The notes under the pieces were generated by a model, which did no database searches, was not told where the DNA came from, and was given only the letters and a program-made list of their open reading frames with translations. A stretch of DNA of 64,000 bases, from positions 3,348,001 through 3,412,000 of the forward strand of contig NC_087261.1 of NCBI RefSeq assembly GCF_037042905.1, read 5' to 3'. The stretch comes from Lytechinus pictus (lineage: Eukaryota). Shown piece after piece: positions 11,232 to 23,904 of this stretch. The position numbers and the translations under genes are program-made. Positions within the stretch are counted from its first letter, which is position 1; each line of letters opens with the position of its first letter.

Positions 11232-11699
11232 TGATATATATAACTCAGGTAGTATATTATTTTCTGTCCTCATGAAAGAAAAATAAAATTTGAAGTAAAA
11301 CTTTAGAAAAAATGTCAGTTTTAGCCATTTTATGTAATGGAGTACATGGAAGAGTAGTCCTTGCCTACATCACTATGAAATTACATATGTGGGCAATTTG
11401 AAGTCTCCATGTGTATAGTGATTACCTATATTTACAACTTTTGAAAATTCATAACTTTCATATTGTTTGTCCGATATTGTTCAAACTTCCACATATCAAC
11501 TTGTCTGTATTTTCTTTTCCCTCTAAAACCAAGTTTTTATTTGGGTTGAATTCCCCTTTAAGTTTGACAATGTTTCACTATGATATTTCATTCATTTCTA
11601 AAACATTTTAGTATTTTTTAAATTTTAAAACATATTGAAAAAACAAACAAATATCATTAAGATTTTTGTTAGATGACTGGATTTTTGTTTGTTTGCTTG

Positions 11700-12400
11700 A
11701 AGTTTGAACTTTTTTCCTCTTTCTTCCTTTTCTATCCTACTTTCTTCATCTTTCTATCCTTCCTGCTTGCTTTTTTTTGTTTCATCTTTATTTCCAATCT
11801 TTCCTAGCTTTCTTTCCTGAACCTTTCTCTCTCTCGTTCATTTTCTTTTTTTCCTTCTTGTTTAAATTTCCATCTTTTATTTCCTTCATTCTTTCTTTAC
11901 CTATTACTTTCTCCTCCCTTCATCTCCTTTTTCTTTTCGTTCTTTCTCTCCTGCCATTATTTTCTTTTTTTTATTCTTTCCTCCCTCTCTTTCAACCTTT
12001 CTTTCACTATTTTTCTTTTTTTCCTTCTAATTCCTTTCCCTTATTCTTTCCTTCCCTTCCTTCCTGTTTTCTTCTTTGTTTCTTTCAAAGAATGAAGGAA
12101 ACATTTTTATTTCCTTCATTTAACTCCTTTATTCTCTCTTCCACACAATTATTCCTCTTCCCTTCCTTTCTTTTTCTTTCTTACTGTATTAATTTCAAAG
12201 AATGACGGAAAACTTTTTTTTCTTTCTTTTATTCTTTCTCTCATCCTTTTATTCTAACTTTCTTTATTTAAAAAAAAAATGTTTCCTTCATTTCCTTTAG
12301 GGCCTACTTCATTTTTTTCTGTATTTCCTCTCAATTCATCTCTTTTCTTTCCTTCCTTCATTCTTTTGTTCACCCTCCCTTCCTTTTCTTTATAGACTTT
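11700..12400. repeat. CT/T-rich low-complexity tract
   Basis: Degenerate (TTTC/TTCC)n. Confidence 0.85.
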
Positions 12401-12914
12401 AGTATACATAATTTTTACATGTAATTTTTTTCACAAGTCTAACATTGTGGAACCTTCTTTGACTTTGATTTTTATATTAATATTATAATATTCAGCCCCA
12501 GCTCGGTCGATCCGCTCGTGCAGCGTGATTTGACTTAGTCGATTGTCCCGTATTTCATTTTGTGAAATCTGGTCACCCTGCACGAGTCACAAAAATGCAC
12601 AGAACATGCCAGGCTAGGAGTACCCAGCCAGCAGCCCTCACTCAGCTCAGCCGGCCTGGCAGCCTTCAGCTCAGGTTAGCCAGAACGAAGGGCAGGCTGC
12701 ATTGCTTGCTAGCGGCGCGGCTCTGCGCCTAGGCTACGCGAGTCCCATTCACAGAGTGACACGTATGCAACTGATTCACTTTGTGCGACTTGAAAATGAG
12801 AGCAATTTATACATTTTAAAGCAAATTTTGCACTAAATGAAAACGCCACAATAAATAACATAGAACAATCATACGTTACCATGTATGAATAAAAAAACAG
12901 AAAGGTGTTTTTAC

Positions 12915-12990
12915 CTGATTTCTTGGCTACAATCTGATCAAAAACATCAAAAATCAGTCAAGAGCAGAAGCTGACGTCGGGGTAAGAGGT
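12915..12990 (-). other. OST4: OST4 exon 1 (5' UTR)
   Basis: Minus-strand donor CAG|GTAAAA with the intron starting at 12914; next to a GC-rich first-intron island (12590-12790) and promoter motifs; transcription start approximate. Confidence 0.6.
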
Positions 12991-13250
12991 CATGACCCAG
13001 GAACTAATCGTCCTCGTGTGTTTGCATGCATTTTGTGATTACTCCACGTAGTATTGATGCATATTCATTTTCACATGATAAAGACAAAGTTAAGTTTTGT
13101 CGACCAATAAAAGAGTAGAAAAGGGACGAGCCTCTAACGCAATCGACCAATCAGAAGCTTCCTCTCGCTCTCATCAAGCCGATGATCGCGAAACAAAGGA
13201 AAACAGTGTCCGTGGCGGGAAGATTGTGATAGCATGAAAGTCTTTGTAAG
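12960..13250. promoter_or_regulatory. OST4 promoter, probably bidirectional
   Basis: TGACGTC at 12972, CCACGT at 13044, two CGACCAAT boxes (near 13101 and 13144), E2F-like GGCGGGAA 13214-13221, + strand donor AAG|GTAAGA at 13251. Confidence 0.6.
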
Positions 13251-13970
13251 GTAAGAATGAATGAAAACACAATGAGATTTTCACCCCCACAAAAATAAAG
13301 AGCTCAACAATCAAAGCAAGGGCATACAAATTTCTCCGTCAAACATGGTAAAATACTTGGAATATCATATGAGGAATAGAAATTATTTCATACCAAGTTC
13401 TCCATCTCTGATGCATTTTGGATATCAGAGCATCTCATTGGCGTCGGGATTACGGAAATATAGTGGATTTTCATTGTGTTGTCATGGTAAATGTCGTCTG
13501 CAAAGGAAACCCCCGCAACCACGTGGATGTTATTACCTCAGCGAGTGTTTTGTGTGTCAGTGTGTACAAAGCGAAGGCCATGGTCAACCCAGATTGGATC
13601 ATTATACGGATAAAATATCGGATTATAACATTTTTCTTGGAATAATGATCGGATATCAACCCAACGATTGTATCTAACATGATATGAGATAGAAGGTAAA
13701 ATATTTCCTTGTAATATTTCCGCAGGATGAATTTTTGAAATGCTTTGTTTGTGACTGAGTAATGAAATCTATTGTTGTCACAGGGGTATCCCCGCGTTCT
13801 ATTTATAGTGCGGCTCGAGATATCCCCGGTCAACCAAAATACAGGTTTGCTTATCGAGCCATATTTCTTTTTAAATACCGGCCTTTCAAATAATAAATAT
13901 ATAAAATTAGCCTTCATCATGAGTCTTATCTATATTTTCACATCTTAGTGTTTCTATGATTTTATTTTAG

Positions 13971-14009
13971 TTCGTCCAACAAAAAAATTTGAATAATGTC
14001 CTGATATTG
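13971..14009 (+). other. Candidate non-coding 39-nt exon
   Basis: Acceptor GATTTTATTTTAG and donor TTG|GTGAGTAAG. Confidence 0.4.
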
Positions 14010-17000
14010 GTGAGTAAGTTTCTAATGCTTTGTCCCAGCATTATTGCTTTGTCTGTGGGCGTGTCAATTAAACTCGTGAATAAAGAAATCGAAAGTGCTT
14101 GTTTATATATTTTTATGGAATGTATTTTATAGCCAGACCTTCTTTTATATGAATAAATTATATGATAGGGTCTGATTTAGTTTTTTATTTTGTTGTGGAC
14201 TTGTTGTTCATTCGTTTTTTATTATTATTGTTTTCCTTTTTTTATTATACAAACGATTTTGTTCGTTTTGTGTATTTTTTTCAATATTTTCTGATATGAT
14301 TCTCTGAAAGTTGGTAAAGGAGTCTAATTTATTGCACTATCACACATGTATTTTCGTATTTTAAGATTGAATTGAAATGATAAATAATCAATGTAAATTA
14401 GTTCCCTTCGTCGTCTTGCACAAAAGGCATTGCATTTGTTTGTTTCTTTGTTTTTTTTTATATATATATCTCAATAGCGTACTGATGAGGAGGGAGCTTG
14501 GGGTCCTCCCAAAAGTATCATGACCAGGGAAAAGGGAGGAAGAAGAAAAGGAAAAGGAAAATAGGATGAAAATGTGATGTAATTTTTCTGAATATATACG
14601 TTAAAATCTATCACAAATTTAGATATTTTTTTTGCTTTATTTCTATTTTTATTATTTTATTTATTTATCTTTTTTTTTTTTTTTTTTGGGGGGGGGGGGC
14701 TCACGACCCCACTGATTTATGAGTCTGACACCTGTGAACTTTCTAACATGAAATAATAATAAAACAAAGCCTAATAACGTCAAGAAACTACTCTTACTAT
14801 TAAACGGAAAGGTGGATGGAGGATATTATATTCAGATTAAGTGACATTGCGAGATAAATGAAATCATCTGTTTATTTCAAATCTCGTTTTGTTAAAGTAA
14901 GATTATACACAAAATAAATATATGTATATGACTACCCCTTGACTCCATAAAAACGAAAATGAGTCTGCCGTTCGCGCTATATAAATCTCTCATTGTGTCG
15001 TTTTATAAAACTACACTACCTCAAAATTTGAGTAATGGAAAACAAAATTTCGACAAAACTATATAGGATATTGAAGCAAATCAGATTGGGGGTATACAAT
15101 ATCTGGTTATGGAATGGATGGTAATTTGAAATAAATTCAGTCAAACTATCGATTGATTTAGATTCATGTATTACCATTTAAATCATTTTTTTTTTGTAAT
15201 AACCTTTAGGATTTAAATTCAAATCCAAAGTACACTGACAAAGACTGTTACGACCTAATACAACCGAATTTGATTATGTTAAATCCCTGTAATTTACAGT
15301 GTGCTGGGCAGTACTAATAAAGAAACAGGAAAATTCTTTTAATGGACTCATGAATTTGAGAGGAGAATCGATTAAAAAAAAACCTACATAGGGGGAAGAT
15401 GATCTCATCGGCCAGTTCCGTGCTATGCTTTATAGAAACACGATGTCAATTAATGCTGCATGGAACTATATCCGAAAAGTTAGATTCTCACTAATATACT
15501 TATCAAATTTATACATTATGTAACTTGTACAGTTAAAATCTTCTGTCGAAAAATTCATAACGTTATGGATAATAACTCAGATTCGAAATTAAAAAGTATC
15601 AGTAGATGAATTGAACATCATTTTCTAAGCAGTTGGTTAATTCAATCCTTTTTTATTCATTCGTTTACTTGTTTGAATCTTGACTAAATATCACATTTCA
15701 TATTTCAATCATTAAATAAACATCGAACAACGACGTCGTGTAAGAATCGTTGAATCTTTCGGATATTAGTAAAAAAAGACAACTATGGAAAGGGGGGAAT
15801 CAAAATAAATCCCTCATTTTCAAGGTTATAAGCAAACTGCAGTATACTTAATATTGTTAAAAAATAGAATTTATACAAAGCAAAGCAAACAGTGTATCTT
15901 TTTCATAATAAAATTCACACAATGCTCTTTGTTATGATCCTGTCGTCACACCCAAAGATTCATTTTGTTAATGAAACCAATAAGAATGCATCTGCCGCTA
16001 ATTACTTAGCTCTCTGGCTTTGTTTTGGCGCGCCTTTTTCGCGCCAGAAAATTAATGAAAAAATCAGGGTCTTTGTCTTGAGAAGGGGTGAATTTCAATG
16101 TCATTTTCATGAGGTAAATGACTCATTGTCGCTTTTTAAACAATTTGAATGCGTTGTATTCCTCAACGATATTTTGTGTGATGAAAATACTAGTATCAAC
16201 AAAAAATTATAACAGTAAACATTTGATTACAATCTATACAAATAGGTCTACACTTGTTTTTTTTTTTTGGGGGGGGGGTTATAATTATAATTATTATCAT
16301 AAACTGTTCCCTATGGATTTTAATTCATAATGGTCATTAAAAATGATATATAGCCGATGCTTCCTTTGGCAAAATTATGTTATTTTAGTGACGATTATAA
16401 ACTTTAGAGTTCCTTAATGGCCAAAATGAGGATAATAATTAATTTTGTCACATTTGTAGTCAAAGAAGAGGAAGGAAAATATGGGAAAAGGGAGAAAGAG
16501 AAAGCAATATTGAAAGAAAGAATATAATTGTACATTAAATCAAAGAAGAGAACTGAATGTTTGTACTGAATCATGCATATCACATCGTTTTGACTTCTTA
16601 GACAATGAAAAATAATTCATCATCCCTTATTTTTATGTCATGTTATTATGTATTTTTTAAAGCGAAATTGATGATAAGCATAATATTTGAAGACATAGCA
16701 TACATTATTTCTTCAGTTGATAATTTCCTGTAACAAAGACTTGGACACAAAGGACGAAGATCATGCATAATATTAATAAATTACTTGGCGTCCATCAAGA
16801 ATGAGATATCATCCTCAAGCCTCGATGCCCTGCCCCTACCCCCAACCCTCCCCGCTCTCCACCCGATCCTTTGTTTCCCCCTCTCTGCGGTCTTTGGTTC
16901 AACGAGTTTGCTAGCTCGACCAGCTGGTCACTGAGCTATACCCGACCACGGAGCATCCAGGGTCTTTGTCCCCGCCCCTTCCCCTTACCCACCAGCAGTT

Positions 17001-17389
17001 TACCCTTATTCCTTGATCACAAACAAAGAGGGGGGGGGGGGTTGGTAGAAAGAAAAATGCACCTAAATAACATGAAATAATTTTGGGCACATAATGCGTT
17101 ATTACAATCATGGCAACGAAGAATAATGATTTAAAAAAGGGGTTCACTGTTTGATATTTTGTTGAAATAAGGGGCACCTTGGAAACAATACTCTGATTAT
17201 TATCATGGATACCCTGTTTAAATGAAAAGAAATTAATGAAAAATATAAATAAATGAATGAATGATGAATAAATGAATGAATAATGAATTAATGAATAAAT
17301 AAAGAAACAAATAAATAAATTTAAAAAAAAAAAATATATATATATATATAAATAAATAAATAAATGAATGAATAAATGAATAAATGTAT

Positions 17390-17518
17390 NNNNNNNNNNN
17401 NNNNNNNNNNNNNNNNNNNNNNNNNNNNNNNNNNNNNNNNNNNNNNNNNNNNNNNNNNNNNNNNNNNNNNNNNNNNNNNNNNNNNNNNNNNNNNNNNNNN
17501 NNNNNNNNNNNNNNNNNN
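17390..17518. other. Assembly gap within an (AAAT/GAAT)n microsatellite
   Basis: Run of N. Confidence 0.99.
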
Positions 17519-17904
17519 AGTATATTAATAAATCAAATAATATATTAATTAATAAGTAAGTATATTAATAGAAAACCTTTAAGATAAAATTAAGAAAAAA
17601 TTACAAAAATAGAAGGAACGAAAGAAAGAAAATGTTAGTCTTTTATTGACCCAAAACACAACAAGAGATTTAAATCCCGCTTCCATGCTATAGCCATAAT
17701 CACGCTAATATTAGAAAGGGGAAAAAGAAATAGGTAAATGATTTACGATTCTATCGAAGTGACATTGATTTCTTAGACAATAATAATTTCACCAAAATCA
17801 TTATAATCACCCCATTAAACATTTAGGATAAACCCGAAATTGACTTTTTGACAGTACATCGTAATTTGCATAAATCATTGGGTTTAGTTTAATATTTTGA
17901 ACGC

Positions 17905-18190
17905 AATAATGTACAGATGGGGGAGCTTTAGCCATGGACCCCCCCCCCCCCCCCCCCGATGAAAAAAAATATCAGGACTAAGAAAACTAAGGGAAAAGAA
18001 ATAAAAAGGAAAAGGGCTGAAATGTGATATCGTGTTTTAATATTATGCTAAAATCTATTACAAAATCAGGTTTTTGTAATAAAAATGTCAACATTTTTGC
18101 TAGCTCGCTACGCTCACTCGCAGCCTTTTATAAATATTGTCCCGTACGCGATGTCTGCCCCTTAAAATTTCTTGGCTCATTACGCCAATC
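17905..18190. mobile_element. Degenerate hAT-like MITE (related piece at 14475-14630)
   Basis: Right end TACGCCAAT of CAGTGGCGTA type; shares the AAATGTGAT...AAAATCTAT(T/C)ACAAA block with 14570-14620. Confidence 0.45.
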
Positions 18191-18272
18191 ATTGAAGGCA
18201 CTGACTGTTCATCATCTATGCTGTTCATGCACCACCGAAATGCAGCTCCGAAAAGTGGGATTTGAGGACTTA

Positions 18273-18286
18273 CCACTAGATGGCGC
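18273..18286 (+). promoter_or_regulatory. CTCF core motif
   Basis: CCACTAGATGGCGC matches CCASYAGRKGGCRS at 14 of 14 positions. Confidence 0.6.
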
Positions 18287-18522
18287 TCGAGCAGATTTTG
18301 GCAAGGGAGTTATTGATAATGTTGATGGCGTAGCGAATTACTCTGCACAAACTTCGATGAAACCATCAGATGGATCTACTACAACTTCAATGGCATTATG
18401 ACTGATGATCAGGGTTCTTTTGTGTGAGGGTTTGCAGGTGTGTGTGTTTGTCTGTGGCCGAAGGGGGGGGGGGGTGCGTTACAGAATTATTTAAGGTTTA
18501 CAAACTATATTGTTTGTTGATT

Positions 18523-19728
18523 GAGAGCTTGATTCCAAAAGGGGCTAAATCCACTTTTGACCAAAATTGATTTAAAAAAAATACAAATATATGTTTTTTA
18601 GACGTGGGAATCAAATGCAACATATCGCATTTGAAAAAAGAAATTGGAAAGGTTTGGAAAAATTGATTTCAAATTTGAGTTTTGTTCCAAAAGGAGCTAA
18701 ATCCACTATGCGGTTATTTAAAAATGTTTTTTTTTCCTATTTTACATAAAGTTATGCATTCAATTTTTAGGTACATGTTGTGGATACAAGTTCACACCAT
18801 CTGTGCAAATTTTGCTGAAAATAACAGAATTTTACAATTTTTATGAATATTTTTGGATTTAGCTCCTTTTGGAATTAAATGTTGAAAGTTTTTTTTTTCT
18901 TTTTGTACTTTCCCTGGATAAACATCAGAAAGATGTTACATGTATACTCTGCTAGACATATTTATGTGTTCGGTGTTCATTTTCCAATATTAAACAAGTC
19001 TAAATTGGCAAAAATTGACATTTTAATAATAATGATTCACAAAATTAATATAGCTCTTTATACGAAAGTTTCAAAGCGCTAAGAAAGAAGGGGGGGGGGG
19101 AACAATACAAGAAAATTTTATCTCAGTAAAAGAGCAACAAAGAAACTGAAAGTGAAAACACCATTACGAAAAATTAATTATACGTATAAATAAAGAGATA
19201 ATCGGCGAATATACAACTTAAATGTAACGGGTCGATAATCATGTATGTAAATTTAAATAATCCTAATAACTAAGAACACAATCCGACTTAAAAAATCTGA
19301 ACACAATATGATAATACAACTTAACTGAGGGGTATAATTTTATACAGAACACAATAGAAGAGAAATGCAGGAAAGTGAAATTATTAAACAGTTCTGACGA
19401 TAATGAATCACGTGCATTAATGGGGAAATAATCCAGAGCTTCGGGGCAATAACTGAGAAGGATCTGTCACCTTAGTTGGTTACTAGTTTTACTAGGGTTT
19501 TGTTAAAAAGGGAGCTAAATCCATGAAAAATAACATTTAAAAAATTATTTAAAACTTGATAATGAATGCTAGATTTTTTAAATCATGATTTAATTAATCT
19601 AAGATGGTAGTACTATCATATATATCAAAATAAAACAGCAGTTGCTGAGGGAAAGTGGTGAATAAAAACCCTTGAAATTACAGAAAAATACCAAAAGTGG
19701 ATTTAGCTCCTTCTGGAACAAAACTCTT
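18523..19728. mobile_element. Non-autonomous DNA element with ~37-bp TIRs and internal copies of the TIR motif
   Basis: GAGCTTGATTCCAAAAGGGGCTAAATCCACTTTTG / CAAAAGTGGATTTAGCTCCTTCTGGAACAAAACTC; the GG(A/G)GCTAAATCCA motif recurs near 18690, 18855 (reverse) and 19510. Confidence 0.8.
19360..19495 (-). mobile_element. L2/CR1 LINE 3' remnant inside the 18523-19728 element
   Basis: Minus strand translates to GDRSFSVIAPKLW, a typical L2 ORF2 C-terminal motif. Confidence 0.6.
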
Positions 19729-21022
19729 CGTATACATATTTGTTGCCCCCATTGAAATGACATTATAATCTTACTAACACTGGTTCTGTAATGAACGTCT
19801 GAATCTAAATTGTGGTTGAAAAAAACCACCATATATTTATTATACAACAAAAACGACAAAAAACAAAACGAATACAGCCTCTAGTGCGAAACAAATAAAA
19901 GTAAAATATCAAAAGTCGTATTCAGAAGGAAAATTCATAAAAACATAACTACATGTACAAGTAATGCATTTAAAATCTCGCCCGAACGCTAGCATATCTA
20001 ACATAGCAATTAGAACAAGATTCATTAAGTATTTATGATTATGACTAATTCAATTTCTTGGTCGCTTTGTAACTACCATGGCAACAGGTCTCAGCAGCCA
20101 ATCACAATCAAGGTTTCTATGGTAGTTACAATAATAACAGTTTTACCATAGAAAACAGACCCTTGACACTGCCATCATATCAGGGATCAACAACGCTTGC
20201 TAGGTAGAACCATCTGCCTGATAAAAAAGCAGATCCATAAATTGATTAGACTATACTCCTGCTTAATAAAACATTTAGTATTGTTTCCATTATTACAACC
20301 GATGCCTCTACTGAGTCAAACAGACACTCGCTGCAGTAATTCTGTCAAAGTGCAATAGCGCCACCTGACGTTGGAACTTGTGAACATTTCAAAGAGAATT
20401 AGAAATTTTATCTGACCCATCAATGAACTCATATTTAAACTCAGTTCTGTGAGATCCACAGACCTTAGTGACGTAATGATGGTTTTCAATTTTCTTGTTT
20501 ATGCTTCTTTCGCACACCGTGATGTTTTCACCAGTTGGAACAAAAAAATAAGGCTGGTCGCCCCTCTCCGCCCCCGCTGTGGATGTATTAAGAGGCCGAG
20601 AAAGGTGTTTGGTTTTATTTGGTTAATTAATTAATTAATGAATAAAAAAGGGGTCTCGTCGACACTGTTCTCAAGAGTAAGATATCACTGAATTGATAAA
20701 CTAAAAGAAAAGGGGTTACCACAAAAGAAAAAAAATGTTATCACGATTCTAGCGGGGGGGGGGGGGCTTCTATTAGCGTTGATTTGCATAATTCAGTGGC
20801 AGCCCAGAATAGGTACATGTAGAGACCACGATCGGCCACGGCATGCACCGCCAAATGTTTCTTTGATTTTGTTCTCCAATCGTGCTTTAATTCTTGTAAA
20901 TATTGTGATTTTCATGATTATTTTTAAATAGAAACAAAATTACATTAAAAAAAATATTGACACATGACCCAATATATGGCCTTGATTCGACACAGAGTTT
21001 TTTTTTTTTACTACTACTATGT

Positions 21023-23697
21023 ATGGGAAGCGTTTCATCAACATTTTTGTCCGACAAGTCAGGTCCGACAACTTTCTTTGATAGCGATTGGCTGCATGGG
21101 CGGAAATCCCAGGGGGGACAGGGGGGACGTGTCCCCCCTACCAAAAATAGTAGGGGGGACACAATATCAAATGTCCCCCCTACTATTTTTGGTCTTTTAT
21201 GATGGAGAAAAATGCATCATTCACATTCGAAATAATACATGTATTTTGGACTAAATGACCTTACATTTTGGGTGAAAACCTTTGTTTATTTTGCTTGTCA
21301 AATTTTCAAGAGTGAATAAAATAAGATGAGGGGAAAACTTGGAAAGAATCTATCATGTCACTATATAAAATTTTCGCTCGCGCTTCGCGCTCGCATTGCC
21401 TGTTAGGTGATTTTTCAATATGGAGCTTAAATATCATGTTTGGAAGTCAATATACATTATACATTTCACCTCGGAAATCGAACTTTCATTGTTTTGTGTG
21501 ATTTACAAACGGCTTTTTAAAAAAGTGATCTATAAAAGTTACAGTTTTATGGTCTGAATATTGGCATTTTCTACTCGCACTGAGCGCTCGCAAAATTCGA
21601 TTTATTCAGTACCTATTATTTTTGTGTATTCCATTTAGATTGAAAATATCCCTTTTCAAGTCTGATTGTCAAAACGTAGCAGATAGTGCTACTTGTATTT
21701 TGATTGGCGATTTATGTATGTCTCAATATTGATTCTCATGACAGTTTATCAAAGATTTTGGCTCGCGATTTGCGCTCGCATTGATGGTTAAAAATATTTT
21801 AACTGATGCATTTTATTCCTAATTACAAAAGTGCTTGAAATGTCCAGTTTTCAGGCCATAATATCATCAGATTTCTCGCCCGCAAAATGCGTTAATAAAT
21901 AAGATATAAATTTAATGATTAAATTGTCCCTTTTGTTTCATCTCGCGCTTAGTAAGAGGAATAGGAAGATAGTCATCATTTTCATATGACTTGTCCTATA
22001 AGGATGTCCCGGTCCTATGTCAAAACTCAAATAATAATGAAATATTAAGTGTGATCCATATCCACCTCACAATTTTCCTACAAAGTGCATGAAATATATA
22101 GCTGAAGTTGACTCTTTTTTTTTTCAGATCAGAATATCAAAAAGTTTAAGCTCGCGCTTCGCGCTCGCTGATAGAAGTGTAAAATGCCGAGATTCTAGGT
22201 CTAAATCTGAAAAACGCTTATGTTTATTCAGATATTCAATTTGTTCTCTATTTAAATCATTTTCCAGTTTCAGATTACAATATCAAAAATTTTGTGCTCG
22301 CATTATTAATGTAGAAAGATCCCCTATTACTCATCCTTTTCATGATTTACAAAACATGAGTGTCTCGTTTTTAGGTCTAAAATTCGATTTTTTCTGCTCA
22401 CGCTTCGCTTACATCAATTGTTTAGTTATATAGCTACCCTGTTCACGATTACAAAAAATTGATTAAAATTTTCGATTCTTTTTGAAAAAATGTCAAAAAT
22501 GTTCAGCTCGCGATTCGCGCTGGCATTGATTGTTGAAATATGTAACGTCTTCATGGCTAAGTGCAAGCAGTCCTCACTACCCATGCAAAAACGTATCTTT
22601 GCACCCCCTGACGGGCTTGAAAAACCTTTTTTGCCCCCCCCCCTGACGAGCTTTAAGACCTTCAATGCCCCCCTGACGAGCTTGAAGACCTTTTTTTTTT
22701 TTTTTGCTTGTCAATTTTTTTCTGGTACGAAATCCTTTATTTGTGATCGAAGACCTTTTTTATTTTTTTTTTGCTTGTCAATTTTTTTCTGGTACGAAAT
22801 CCTTTATTTGTGATCGAAGACCTTTTTTTTTTTTTTTTTGCTTGTCAAATTTTTTGTGGAAAATCCTAGGTACGCCACTGGCAGTCCTTAACAAGTACCT
22901 TTTCGATCAATTAAAATTAAACGTATATGAACATTTTCTGGCTGCATTTTGCACTCGCTTTATTTATGTAAGGACCGGGTGTAAGAAAGACCCCCAATTT
23001 CTCATCCTTTTCATGATTTACAAAACATGAATAGAGTGTCTCGTTCTTAGGTCTAAATCTCAAAACTTTCCGCTCGCGCTTCGCGTTCGCATCGTTTAGT
23101 TATATACCTTTTATATGTTTAAGTTACAAAAAGTGCTTAGAATTTCCAGTCTTTAGGTAAAAATTTCAAAAAATTTCAGCTCGCGCTTTGCGCTCGCATT
23201 ATTTGATTGTTGAAATATGTAACGTCTTCATGGCTAATTGCAAGCAGTCTTTAACAGGTACCTTTTCCATCAGTTAACCTCTGCTCGCACTTCGCGGTCG
23301 TGGTAAATATTTAGTTGTATATACATCTTTTCCAGGATAACAAACATTGCCCAAAATGTTCAAATTTTAGGAAAAAAATGCATAAATTCTCCCAAAAAAC
23401 TTTGCTCGCGCTTCGCGCTCGCATTATATAAATAAGGACAATGATATCATATATTTATGTTGATTTATAAGAATAAAGCTAAAAAGTGACCATGAGGACT
23501 ACTCCTTCAATGAAACAGACAAAAATTACCTTCGAGCGGCCGATCGGGGATTAACATATGGCTGAAAATGTTTTTGCCCCCCCCCCCCCAAGGCTGGATC
23601 AGCCCGTTGTCCCCCCTACCTTTCGGGACAGATTTCCGCCCATGATTGGCTGGAGAGTCACTGTTACCAAAGTAACTGTCGGATTCTGACAAGTCCT
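21023..23697. mobile_element. Short MITE split by the 21095-23644 insertion
   Basis: GCGTTTCATCAACATTTTTGTCCGACAAG...GATTGGCTG continues after the insertion as GAGAGTCACTGTTACCAAAGTAACTGTCGGA. Confidence 0.55.
21095..23644. mobile_element. Non-autonomous hAT element, 2.55 kb
   Basis: Perfect TIR CATGGGCGGAAATC / GATTTCCGCCCATG; perfect 8-bp TSD ATTGGCTG; about 10 internal CTCGCGCTTCGCGCTCGC-like motifs; tandem duplication at 22684-22850. Confidence 0.92.
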
Positions 23698-23739
23698 CTC
23701 GACGGTCCCCTGGTTCGACACAGAGTAGTATTAAATAAA

Positions 23740-23904
23740 AACAGGTCTAGCGCCATCTGTAGTTTATTTCGATAACATAAACAATCGAATTCCACGTGTG
23801 TTTTTATTTTGTGCTGTTGGGCAGCCTGAACAGGAATGCTGAGAAATACGAGGGAAGCACAAATAAATGACGAAAGTCCATCTTGTAAAACATTGATTAG
23901 ACAG
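23740..23904 (+). promoter_or_regulatory. Candidate promoter and non-coding first exon of a + strand gene
   Basis: TAGCGCCATCTGT, CACGTG, strong donor CAG|GTGAGT at 23905, followed by a GC-richer first-intron-like segment (24000-24170). Confidence 0.5.

Larger units (their letters stand above)
9957..11557 (+). mobile_element. TTAA-AGG (Kolobok/T2-type) MITE, family A, interrupted copy
   Basis: TTAA|AGGGGAATCCAGCC ... GGTTGAATTCCCCT|TTAA; colinear with the intact copy at 26287-26880 except for two insertions. Confidence 0.9.
9279..12580. mobile_element. Non-autonomous hAT element (Blackjack-like) carrying nested insertions
   Basis: TIRs CAGGGTAACTAGA / TCTGGTCACCCTG; 8-bp TSD CACAAGTC / CACGAGTC (7 of 8 match); subterminal GTCCCG repeats. 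Confidence 0.85.

Noticed and set aside
13040-13165. ERSE/UPRE in the OST4 promoter
   Set aside because: CCAAT and CCACG are present but not in the CCAAT-N9-CCACG arrangement, and there is no full TGACGTGG
21360-23430. CRISPR-like array of CTCGCGCTTCGCGCTCGC
   Set aside because: Eukaryotic DNA, irregular spacing, degenerate copies, inside a TIR/TSD-bounded transposon
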